A stretch of 32,000 nt of DNA from Candidatus Iainarchaeum sp. (GCA_016205145.1 JACQJH010000002.1:420001-452000), one strand, 5' to 3'; shown: positions 23,577 through 31,454, numbered from the stretch's first letter. Notes: generated by a model not told the origin, from the letters alone. Made by a program: numbers and translations.

Positions 23577-24290
23577 TCAGATTTTACGGCGAAACTGACC
23601 CGATAAATCTTCAGGGGATTCCGGAAAATTTGGATTCACGTATTCAGTCATTACCCGGACAATATGCCGGTTTAATATTTCAAGCGGGCCTCTTCCGCCA
23701 ACCGCCCGCATAATTAACATAGCATTAGCATGCGCAGCAAACTGCAACAGAATAACCCTCAGGTTATTCTCCCTGGCTTTCAAAACGACACCCGGCCCGC
23801 TTTCCCTGAGTTCAGCCGCCGCCCTACAAACAGCAAGCTCAGAATCAAGCGCGGCCTCAAGCTCTGAAAGAGCACCGCCGTCCAACTGTAATTCTTGTGC
23901 CAGAAATTCCCTGTGTTCTGACAGTTGATTATGTAAATCTTCAAATATTTTAAGAGCTTCCTGGACATTAATCCTGCCATTGGCGTTGGCTATGTTCAAT
24001 TGGTCAACGATTCGCATACGCTTTGCATTCAGAGTTTCGGCCATTTGCCTGTCCGCTTCAGGGATGTTGCGCATCCCGCCAACAAGAAAACGGAAAAGCT
24101 CCAGTTTAACCAGATCACGTGCAGGTTTCCCGGATACCTGAAGACTTTCAGCATATTCTGACAAGACGCCGATTGTTTCTTGGGGGGTCGGCAAATGCAA
24201 TTCGTGCCGCGGGAACCCTTCAAGCCGGTTATGTTCTGGAACTTTCCCACGGCGTTTGCCCCCTTCTGGTTCTGGCTTGTCTGGACGCAC
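23577..24290 (-). CDS. Hypothetical all-alpha protein, 237 aa
   Basis: Open frame from GTG 24290, with a TATA-like GCTTAAATATG about 25-30 nt upstream. There is no recognisable motif. Codon choices look different from the neighbouring genes. The stop lies 1 nt from the msrA stop. Confidence 0.5.
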   Translation of the reverse strand: MRPDKPEPEGGKRRGKVPEHNRLEGFPRHELHLPTPQETIGVLSEYAESLQVSGKPARDLVKLELFRFLVGGMRNIPEADRQMAETLNAKRMRIVDQLNIANANGRINVQEALKIFEDLHNQLSEHREFLAQELQLDGGALSELEAALDSELAVCRAAAELRESGPGVVLKARENNLRVILLQFAAHANAMLIMRAVGGRGPLEILNRHIVRVMTEYVNPNFPESPEDLSGQFRRKI

Positions 24291-24405
24291 GAAAATTTAT
24301 TAGAAGAAAGACATATTTAAGCATTCCATGCCTTCAAAAATGATTTTGAACCTTTCAAGGCAAGGTTAAAAAAGTTACAAGACGGTATTTTATTGAAGGG
24401 GGAAT

Positions 24406-25005
24406 ATGAGGATGCTGTTTGATTCTGAAGCGAAAGAGCACAGGAAAAAAGAACATGGCGTTGACGAGCTGTTTATTGGCAGGTGGTCGCCGAGGGCTTT
24501 TTCGGACGAAAAGCTCGACCACAAAACGGTGTTGAAGCTTTTGGAGGCCGCGCGCTGGTCGCCGAGCTCTTACAACGAGCAGCCGTGGCGCATAATCTTT
24601 GCGGCAAGCGAAAAGGACAGGAAAATTTTCGCTGAATGCCTTATGGAAGGAAACCGCGGCTGGGCGTCAAAGGCGCCCTTGCTTGTCTGCATTGCCGGAA
24701 AAAAGCTGTCGGACGTGACTGGCGGGCCGAACAACAAGTACGCGTTCGACTGCGGGGCTGCGGCATTGTCGATTGACTTGCAGGCAAGAATGCTCGGATT
24801 GTACACGCATTCGATGGGCGGGTTTGACGCGAAAACTACGGCAAAACTGCTGGAAATACCGGATGGCTTCGAGCCAATCGTGTTTGTGGCGGTCGGAAAG
24901 CGCGGGAACAAAAAGGATTTGCCGCAGATGCTGCAGGAAAGGGAGAATCCGAGCCAGCGCAAAAAATTCGAAGAGATTGCGTTCGAGGGAAAGTTCAAGG
25001 GATGA
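24406..25005 (+). CDS. Nitroreductase-family flavoprotein
   Basis: RWSPRAF ... ARWSPSSYNEQPW is typical of the nitroreductase fold. A GAAGGGGGA Shine-Dalgarno lies upstream. Confidence 0.85.
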   Translation: MRMLFDSEAKEHRKKEHGVDELFIGRWSPRAFSDEKLDHKTVLKLLEAARWSPSSYNEQPWRIIFAASEKDRKIFAECLMEGNRGWASKAPLLVCIAGKKLSDVTGGPNNKYAFDCGAAALSIDLQARMLGLYTHSMGGFDAKTTAKLLEIPDGFEPIVFVAVGKRGNKKDLPQMLQERENPSQRKKFEEIAFEGKFKG

Positions 25006-25011
25006 AGAAAA

Positions 25012-25575
25012 ATGTCCTTGACTCCGAGCGATTATTTCAAAGTCAAGCCCGGCGAAAAGGCGCCGGATTTTTCCCTGCCCGCGACTGACGGCAAATCGTA
25101 TTCGCTGAAAAGCTTTGCCGGCAAAAAGGCTTTGCTTGTCATTTTCATCTGCAACCACTGCCCTTATGTGAAGCCAAAGTTTTCAAAGCTCATTGAACTG
25201 CAGGCAAAATACGGCGGAAAAGGATTGCAAGTAGCGGGCATCTGCGCTAACGATGCCGAGGATTACCCGGAAGACAATTTCGTGAACATGAAAAAGGAAG
25301 TGAAAAAGCGCGGCATAAATTTCGTTTATTTGCGCGATGAAAGCCAGGAAACTGCAAAGGCTTACGGCGCGGGCTGCACTCCCGACCCTTTTCTCTTTGA
25401 CGCTGAACAAAAACTTGTTTACCATGGCCGCATTGATGACGCGCATGGCAAGCCGCACGAAGAGGCTGCAACAAACGAGCTGGAAGAAGCCATTCAGCAG
25501 GTTCTGGCCGGGAAAAAGGTTTCAGTGAAAGCCGAGCCGAGCCTCGGGTGCAGCATCAAATGGAAAAAAACCTGA
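25012..25575 (+). CDS. Thioredoxin-fold redoxin (AhpC/TSA-like) with a CNHCP motif
   Basis: APDFSLPATDGKSYSL ... LVIFICNHCPYV ... GCSIKW is typical of this thioredoxin-like family. Confidence 0.8.
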   Translation: MSLTPSDYFKVKPGEKAPDFSLPATDGKSYSLKSFAGKKALLVIFICNHCPYVKPKFSKLIELQAKYGGKGLQVAGICANDAEDYPEDNFVNMKKEVKKRGINFVYLRDESQETAKAYGAGCTPDPFLFDAEQKLVYHGRIDDAHGKPHEEAATNELEEAIQQVLAGKKVSVKAEPSLGCSIKWKKT

Positions 25576-25797
25576 ATTTTCGGGCGGAAAAAAAAGGCCA
25601 ACTATCATTTTTATATTTTGGAAATCTTTTTCCGGCGGCAAAACCGGTTCGGATTTGTAAGCTGGAATGCATAATAAGTTCAAGGCAATAAGTATTCTGG
25701 TTGGAAAAAAAAGCGCTTTTTTGCCTCAGGCCGGACAAATTCTTTCTCCCAACGCGCGGCTGGCGAAAAAAGGCTTTTTTGCAAGGTATGCGGGGTT

Positions 25798-25874
25798 GCG
25801 AGCACAAAGTGCGAGCCAGCGCTATGCGAGCAAAGCGAGCATAGTGCGTCGGACCAGCCGGACGAAACCGGCTG
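25798..25874 (+). repeat. Modular hairpin repeat, copy e
   Basis: 25817-25852 is identical to 11461-11496 (36 nt). 25853-25874 is identical to 11408-11429 (22 nt) and includes AGCCGG-ACGAAA-CCGGCT. The module order is permuted relative to copy D. Confidence 0.9.
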
Positions 25875-25928
25875 AGGGGAAATGCACTCTAGCGACTGCA
25901 TTTTTAAGCCGGAAGACGGCGTTTTGTT

Positions 25929-28049
25929 TTGGGGGAATGCCTTTTGGAACTGGATTTTGAGGAAATCGAGAATTCCGGCCAGAATCCTTATGCGGAAAAG
26001 CTGGAAGCGTTTTTCGGCTCGGTTTACAGGAAAAACGTCGAAAGGCTTGTGGGCGAGTACCCTGAAAACAGGTCCCTGCTAGTCGACTTCAAGGAGCTTG
26101 AAAAGTTCGATTTCCAGCTGGCAGACGATTTGCTTGACAACCCCGATTATGTCATCGAGGCCGCCAAAAGCGCGCTGTCGCGCATCGACGTGCCCGCGCT
26201 TGAAATCGAAAAATTCGAGCCGCACATACGCTTTTTCAACCTGCCCAAGGACAGGAAGTTCCTCATCCGGGACATCAGCGCCGACCATTTGGGCAAAATG
26301 ATTGCGGTCGAAGGCATCATCAGGCAGATTACCGACGTTTTGCCCAAACTGAAGACCGCGGCCTGGCAGTGCAGGCGGTGCGGCAATGTTTACAAGAAAG
26401 AGCAGGGCCTGCACAAGGTTGTGACTCCGGCTGTCTGCCAGTGCAAGCAGCGCGACTTCGAACTGCTGGCGGAGCAGAGCATTTTCATTGACTACCAGAA
26501 AATCGAGATCCAGGAGTCATTGGAGAACATCAAGGGCAACGAGCAGGCGCAGAACATAACAATTTACGTTTCAAACGACATGGTGAACAGGGTAACGGCG
26601 GGAGACAGGACGCTTTTTGTCGGAATGCTGAGGCTCTCCCATCCGGACGACAAGAAAACCATTTACGGCAGGTTCCTTGACGCAACCTATTTGGAGGAAA
26701 CCCAGAAGGAATTCATGGAAGTCGAGGTTTCGCCTGAAGAGGAAAAGGAAATCAGGGAGCTTGCAAAGGATCCGAAGATTTACGACAAGCTTATTGCATC
26801 GCTTGCGCCCGGGATTTACGGCCACGAAATGGTCAAGGAAGCGATTGTCATGCAGTTGTTCGGCGGAGTCAAAAAGGTTCTGCCCGGCCAGCAGCAAATC
26901 AGGGGAAACATCCACGTCCTGCTGGTAGGCGACCCGGGCGCGGCAAAGTCGACAATACTGCTTGCAACCAACCGCATTGCGCCAAAATCTATTTACGTTG
27001 CGGGAAAGACAGCGACCGGCGCGGGCCTCAGTGCAACGGCAGTCAAGGACGAATTCGGCGAAGGCGGCTGGACTTTGAAGGCAGGCGTATTGGTTCTGGC
27101 TTCGGGTGGGTTGGCAGCAGTGGACGAGTTTGACAAGATGGAGACAGAGGACAGGAGCGCAATGCACGAAGCCCTTGAACAGCAGCAAATCAGCGTGGCA
27201 AAGGCAGGCATTGTGACAAGGTTCAAGTCCGACACAAGCGTTCTTGCCGCGGCAAACCCCAAATTTGCAAGGTTCGACCCATATCAGCCGTTCATCTCAC
27301 AGATCGACCTGCCGGCAACGCTCATTTCACGGTTCGATTTGTTTTTCATGATCCGCGACGTCCTGGACAGGCAGCGCGACGAGGAAATCACGGCGCACAT
27401 ACTCAAAACCCATCATGCAGGCGAGGCCCTGCTGCAGGCGAAATCAAAGGGCGAATCGCTTGCAAAATCCGAGCTTGAGGAAATCGAAAAGGTTTCAACC
27501 CCGCCCATCAGCGGCGAACTGTTCAAAAAATTCGTTTCATACGCGCGCCAGACAATGTTCCCTGTGCTGTCAAAGGACGCGGTTGAAATGATTTCAGAGT
27601 TTTATGTCAATTTGAGGAGCGAAGGCAAAAAGGACGGCAGTTATACCGCAACGCACAGGCAGTTGGAAGGCCTTGTCAGGCTGTCGGAGGCATCCGCAAA
27701 AATCAGGCTGTCCGACACCGTCGACAAGGAGGATGCGGCGCGCGCAATCAGGCTGGTGCGCACAAGCCTTGAAAACGTCGTGACTGACCCGGAGACGGGC
27801 AAGATTGACATTGACATCATCACAAGCGGGCAGACGCACACAAAGCTTACGAACATGAAAAAGGTTTTGCAGATAATCAAGGAAAAGTCCGTTGACCTGG
27901 ACATGGTGCCGATCGACGACATCGTTTCGGAAGCCGAAATCCAGGGAATAAGCAAGGAAAAAACAATGGACATCATTTCGGAACTGGACAAGAAAGGCGA
28001 AATCTACAAGCCGAGGCACCACTTTGTCAAGCCGACGCAGAAGAGCTGA
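25929..28049 (+). CDS. mcm: MCM replicative helicase
   Basis: Zinc motif CRRCG...CQC, Walker A GDPGAAKS, Walker B DEFDKM, arginine finger SRFDL, and a C-terminal winged-helix-like tail. There is no intein. The start is uncertain (TTG 25929 or TTG 25944). Confidence 0.93.
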   Translation: MGECLLELDFEEIENSGQNPYAEKLEAFFGSVYRKNVERLVGEYPENRSLLVDFKELEKFDFQLADDLLDNPDYVIEAAKSALSRIDVPALEIEKFEPHIRFFNLPKDRKFLIRDISADHLGKMIAVEGIIRQITDVLPKLKTAAWQCRRCGNVYKKEQGLHKVVTPAVCQCKQRDFELLAEQSIFIDYQKIEIQESLENIKGNEQAQNITIYVSNDMVNRVTAGDRTLFVGMLRLSHPDDKKTIYGRFLDATYLEETQKEFMEVEVSPEEEKEIRELAKDPKIYDKLIASLAPGIYGHEMVKEAIVMQLFGGVKKVLPGQQQIRGNIHVLLVGDPGAAKSTILLATNRIAPKSIYVAGKTATGAGLSATAVKDEFGEGGWTLKAGVLVLASGGLAAVDEFDKMETEDRSAMHEALEQQQISVAKAGIVTRFKSDTSVLAAANPKFARFDPYQPFISQIDLPATLISRFDLFFMIRDVLDRQRDEEITAHILKTHHAGEALLQAKSKGESLAKSELEEIEKVSTPPISGELFKKFVSYARQTMFPVLSKDAVEMISEFYVNLRSEGKKDGSYTATHRQLEGLVRLSEASAKIRLSDTVDKEDAARAIRLVRTSLENVVTDPETGKIDIDIITSGQTHTKLTNMKKVLQIIKEKSVDLDMVPIDDIVSEAEIQGISKEKTMDIISELDKKGEIYKPRHHFVKPTQKS

Positions 28050-28052
28050 AGG

Positions 28053-28122
28053 CGGGCGAAAGCGAGCCTGTTCGGTTGAGCCTATGCTCAACCGGGCGTC
28101 GAACCAGCCGGACGAAACCGGC
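28053..28122 (+). repeat. Modular hairpin repeat, copy f, directly after the mcm stop
   Basis: GGTTGAGC-ctat-GCTCAACC (28074-28093), then GGGCGTCGAACCA, then GCCGG-ACGAAA-CCGGC (28107-28122). Confidence 0.8.
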
Positions 28123-28163
28123 GTGTCAAATTGCTCCAAAGGCAAAAGCCGTATTAGAGAAAA

Positions 28164-28385
28164 ATGTTCCACTACTTCCAATACAACCGCGACAAATTCT
28201 TGAAACACTACCACGCAAGAAGCAATGTAGAAACCACGTTCATGGCCTTAAAAACCAAATTCAACGACTGCCTAAAAAGCAAAACAAAGGCCGCACAAGT
28301 CAACGAGCTACTGCTCAAAGTTCTATGCTTCAATATCGTGCAAGTAATACACGAAACAAACGAATTAGGCATAAAAACAGATTGA
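28164..28385 (+). pseudogene. C-terminal remnant of a DDE transposase (IS4/IS5-like)
   Basis: KHYHARSNVETTFMALKTKFNDCLKSK....QVNELLLKVLCFNI matches the Y..R..vEt.F..lK..fg ... E ... N signature around the catalytic Glu of DDE_Tnp_1-type transposases. An in-frame TAG at 28155 closes the frame upstream, and no N-terminal catalytic part is present. Confidence 0.65.
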
Positions 28386-28393
28386 AACCTTAT

Positions 28394-28744
28394 ATGAACA
28401 TGGCAAGAGAAACAGAACGAAAAGCAATTGAGTTCGTTCTACAATACGAGAAAGAACAGGGCAGAACCCCCAAAGAACTTAAACAAGGGCACGGATACGA
28501 TGTGGATTCAAATGACCGCCAAATTGAAGTCAAAGGACAGGGCGAAGATAACCCGCAATTCGTTCTTTTGAATGAACACAACATCAAGGCAATGCAACGA
28601 GAACCAAATTGGTATCTTTACATAGTTTATGGGATAAAAAACTATAATCCAAAAATAAAGATTTTCCAGAAGCCGGAAGTTCTTGAACGTGCCAAATTTT
28701 CTATTACCTGGGAAGTTCCATTAAGGAAAGCCGATTTGCAATAG
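28394..28744 (+). CDS. Minimal DUF3883-like (PD-(D/E)xK nuclease fold) protein, 116 aa
   Basis: E..A.EFVLQYEKEQG......GHGYDVDS.DRQIEVKG......FVLLNEHNIKAM......YLYIVY fits the DUF3883 core pattern (GyD...iEVK ... t.nE ... y.l..V). The second half is AT-rich. Confidence 0.6.
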   Translation: MNMARETERKAIEFVLQYEKEQGRTPKELKQGHGYDVDSNDRQIEVKGQGEDNPQFVLLNEHNIKAMQREPNWYLYIVYGIKNYNPKIKIFQKPEVLERAKFSITWEVPLRKADLQ

Positions 28745-28753
28745 GGAATTTTT

Positions 28754-29056
28754 ATGTCAGAAATTAAATTTGAAATAGAAGCTTCTTTTGCAAATGATTT
28801 GAAAGTCTACCTTCAAAACGAGGGTATTCGCGCTGAAACTGAATTTGAATTGTCAGAACAGGAAATTATTCGATTTGCATTAATTGCAATTGATTGGGGG
28901 CAGCGCATAGTTTTTGTGCTTTCCTTGCTTAAATGGCTCGCCGAAAAAAGAAATCAGGAAGAACACCCAAAATTTAAACTGCATTACGACGGAGAGATAA
29001 TAACTGAATTTGATGCGCTCCGCGAGCATTTAAAACGCAAAGGAATCCTAAAATAA
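28754..29056 (+). CDS. Small hypothetical protein, 100 aa, very AT-rich
   Basis: The open frame starts 9 nt after the previous stop. It has one hydrophobic or amphipathic central segment (IIRFALIAIDWGQRIVFVLSLLKWL). No family is recognised. Confidence 0.5.
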   Translation: MSEIKFEIEASFANDLKVYLQNEGIRAETEFELSEQEIIRFALIAIDWGQRIVFVLSLLKWLAEKRNQEEHPKFKLHYDGEIITEFDALREHLKRKGILK

Positions 29057-29169
29057 CCATTGTGCAAGTATTCAAATTTCTGTATAAGCCCAAACAAGGA
29101 TTTCTTACACAAAGCTGCGCAAAGCTAAAATATTAAATCCTTGAAAGCCGTTAGTTTACTGTTTTACAG

Positions 29170-29991
29170 ATGAACAAGGAGCTTTTGGCGCGGCTTGTAC
29201 TCCTGTTTGTCGTGACGCAGGCGATCGGCCTGTTTGTCGCGGGCACGCTTGTAAGGGACGATGTCAAGGCAACGTTCATCACGGACAACCCTGATGACGT
29301 GGAAAACTCCGTCGGCCTCATTGTTTACATTCTTTTTTTCACCGCCTGCCTTCTGGTCGCAATAAGGTTTTTTGCCGGGCGCATAAGGCTGCTTTTCAGA
29401 GTAATCGAACTGCTCGCGGTGTTTGGAACCTCGGTCATAGTCTTTTCGGCTTTTTTTCCGGAGGCTGCATTGCACTTCGCTTTGCTTGTGCTGGCGCTCA
29501 AGCTTGCCGTTCCGGACAGCATTGCATTGCGAAACGCGACCGCCGTTATTGCGACTGCCGGCGCCGGAAGCCTTGTCGGCGTATCATTGGGGATTCTGCC
29601 GGTAATCGTTTTCATCGCCATCCTGTCGGTTTATGACCTCATCGCGGTTTTCGGAACAAAGCACATGATTGTCATGGCAAAGGCAATGACAAAGGAAAAC
29701 GTTTCGTTCACTTTCGCCTTGCCCACCAAAGAGCACACTTTCGAGCTTGGCACGGGCGACATGGTCATTCCATTGGCATTCGCTTCCTCCGTGCTTGCGG
29801 CAAACGCCAAGGCAGTTGCATTCCCGCTGTCGTATGCAATGCCTGCATTGCTTTTGCTTGCCTCGCTTGCCGGCCTGCTGTGGACGATAAATTTCATTTC
29901 AAAGCGCGTGGGCATGGCCCTTCCCGCATTGCCGCCGCAGACAGTTTTGATGCTTGCGGTTTTCGTTGCAGGCAAGGCAATAGGATTATAA
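29170..29991 (+). CDS. Presenilin/signal-peptide-peptidase-like intramembrane aspartyl protease (A22 family)
   Basis: It is polytopic, with the catalytic motifs YD (SVYDLIAVF) and GxGD (LGTGDMVIP), plus a C-terminal PALP. Confidence 0.8.
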   Translation: MNKELLARLVLLFVVTQAIGLFVAGTLVRDDVKATFITDNPDDVENSVGLIVYILFFTACLLVAIRFFAGRIRLLFRVIELLAVFGTSVIVFSAFFPEAALHFALLVLALKLAVPDSIALRNATAVIATAGAGSLVGVSLGILPVIVFIAILSVYDLIAVFGTKHMIVMAKAMTKENVSFTFALPTKEHTFELGTGDMVIPLAFASSVLAANAKAVAFPLSYAMPALLLLASLAGLLWTINFISKRVGMALPALPPQTVLMLAVFVAGKAIGL

Positions 29992-30038
29992 AAAAGGCGA
30001 AAGCACGCCCGCGCCGGCCGGACAAAAGCAGCTTACTC

Positions 30039-30093
30039 GGCCGTTCGCAGCAGCGGACGGCCCTGGTTTCGGACCAGCCGGACGAAACCGGCT
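30039..30093 (+). repeat. Modular hairpin repeat, copy g, between the convergent presenilin-like and DedA genes
   Basis: GGCCGTTCGC-agca-GCGGACGGCC (30039-30062, one G-T pair), then CTGGTTTCGGACC, then AGCCGG-ACGAAA-CCGGCT (30076-30093). Confidence 0.8.
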
Positions 30094-30095
30094 TT

Positions 30096-30608
30096 TCAAA
30101 ACAGCAGGCCTTTGAGCAGGGTTACGCTGTAATAGCCGGCGTAGGCAATTATAATGTATCTGACTGTCTTGCCGCTGATTGCAAGGGCTGCGAACTTCCT
30201 GAAATCGTAGCTTATCAGGCCGGCGGCAATGCCTATGACGTCGAAGCCCAGCGGCAGCAAGGCGCCGAAGAAGATTATGGGCGCGCCCTTTTCCTTTATG
30301 GTTTTTGTCATGCCAAGGATTTTCCTGAGATGCGGCTTGTCGAACTTTTCCAGGCCGACCGAGCTGGCTTTGCCGAGAAGGTAGCCCGTGCATTCGCCCA
30401 GGCCGGCGCCGATTCCGGCGAACAGGCCCAGCAGCAATGGGCTGAAAACCCCGAGATTGTTGAAATTGAACAGCGGCGCGGACGTAAAAATGAGTATTTC
30501 AATCGGCAGCGGAAAGATTATTGTGGCATTCGCTATGAGCGATGCGAGGAAAAAGCCCGGCAGGCCGTAAGTCTGGACAAGCGATGCGAGAAATGCCTCG
30601 AGGCCCAT
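30096..30608 (-). CDS. DedA/SNARE-associated (VTT domain) membrane protein
   Basis: The polytopic FFLASLIANATIIFPLP ... G...GYLLG pattern is typical of DedA/YqaA proteins. The start is set at ATG 30608, about 25-30 nt downstream of the minus-strand TATA-like CCTATTTTA. The track start is 30638. Confidence 0.75.
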   Translation of the reverse strand: MGLEAFLASLVQTYGLPGFFLASLIANATIIFPLPIEILIFTSAPLFNFNNLGVFSPLLLGLFAGIGAGLGECTGYLLGKASSVGLEKFDKPHLRKILGMTKTIKEKGAPIIFFGALLPLGFDVIGIAAGLISYDFRKFAALAISGKTVRYIIIAYAGYYSVTLLKGLLF

Positions 30609-30689
30609 GCAACCGGATGAAAGTTTGGCTGGAAGCATTAAAATAGGTTTTGATGCAAGAATTTTTGGTTGAGTTCTGGAAGTGCCTGC

Positions 30690-31094
30690 ATGGAATACGA
30701 GAAAATGCTTGACCGGCTTTACATGTCATTGCCGGAAAAAACGCTGTCAAAGGAAAGGTTCGAGGTGCCCGAAGCCTCTTCTTTCATCCAGGGCGCGAAG
30801 ACAGTTGTCAGGAATTATTCGCAGTTGCTGAAAATCATGCGCCGCGAGGAAAAGCATCTGTTCAGGTTCATTGCCAAGGAAATCGGCACTGCCGCGAGCG
30901 TCGAGGGCGGCAGCCTTGTGCTGAACGGAAAGTTTTCGCAGGACCAGGTCAGAAAGCTTTTCATGGACTATTTCAAGACGTTTGTGCTGTGCCCGGAGTG
31001 CGGCAAGCCTGACACGCAGGTCATAGCCTGGCAGAGCGTAAGAGCGCTCAAATGCGAGGCTTGTGGTGCAGTAACGCCGGTAAAAGGATTGTGA
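30690..31094 (+). CDS. eif2b: Translation initiation factor 2 subunit beta (aIF2-beta)
   Basis: YEKMLDRLY ... C-terminal zinc ribbon CPECGKPDT...CEACG. Confidence 0.92.
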   Translation: MEYEKMLDRLYMSLPEKTLSKERFEVPEASSFIQGAKTVVRNYSQLLKIMRREEKHLFRFIAKEIGTAASVEGGSLVLNGKFSQDQVRKLFMDYFKTFVLCPECGKPDTQVIAWQSVRALKCEACGAVTPVKGL

Positions 31095-31119
31095 TTTTTT
31101 CTGTTCGGGCCGTGGAACA

Positions 31120-31410
31120 ATGTTCCATAAAATCCACCGCAGCGTTTCCGGCGAGGTTCTGGCTGTCTGCGACAAGGATTTGTCCGGCAAGACCTTGGAG
31201 TTCGGCGAAATCTTTTTTGAGGTCAGGGAATCGTTTTACGGCAAGGAGCATTTGTCCGGGGAACGGCTTGCGGAATTGCTTGCGGAGTTCGGCAACGCCA
31301 ACCTTGTCGGGGAAAAATGCGTGGGCATCGCGATAAAAGCGGGCTTTGCGTCAGAGGGCAACACTATTAGGATTAAAAACGTTCCACATTTACAGATTTT
31401 CAGGATTTGA
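31120..31410 (+). CDS. DUF424-family protein
   Basis: VLAVCDKDLSGKTL ... FYGKE ... NLVGEK ... VPHLQIF fits DUF424. It sits next to aIF2-beta, as is commonly seen. Confidence 0.7.
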   Translation: MFHKIHRSVSGEVLAVCDKDLSGKTLEFGEIFFEVRESFYGKEHLSGERLAELLAEFGNANLVGEKCVGIAIKAGFASEGNTIRIKNVPHLQIFRI

Positions 31411-31454
31411 CTTTCTTATTTGATGTTTTGATTTTTTGGTTTGAGGCGAAAGAT

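Noticed and set aside
25600-25900. Replication origin next to mcm, with ACCAGCCGGACGAAAC read as ORB-like boxes (compare the mini-ORB TCCAGTGGAAAC plus G-string)
   Set aside because: The same motif occurs at seven or more intergenic sites in 32 kb, mostly at gene 3' ends. The two copies in this spacer are in direct, not inverted, orientation. No orc1/cdc6 gene is adjacent. The resemblance to ORB is loose.
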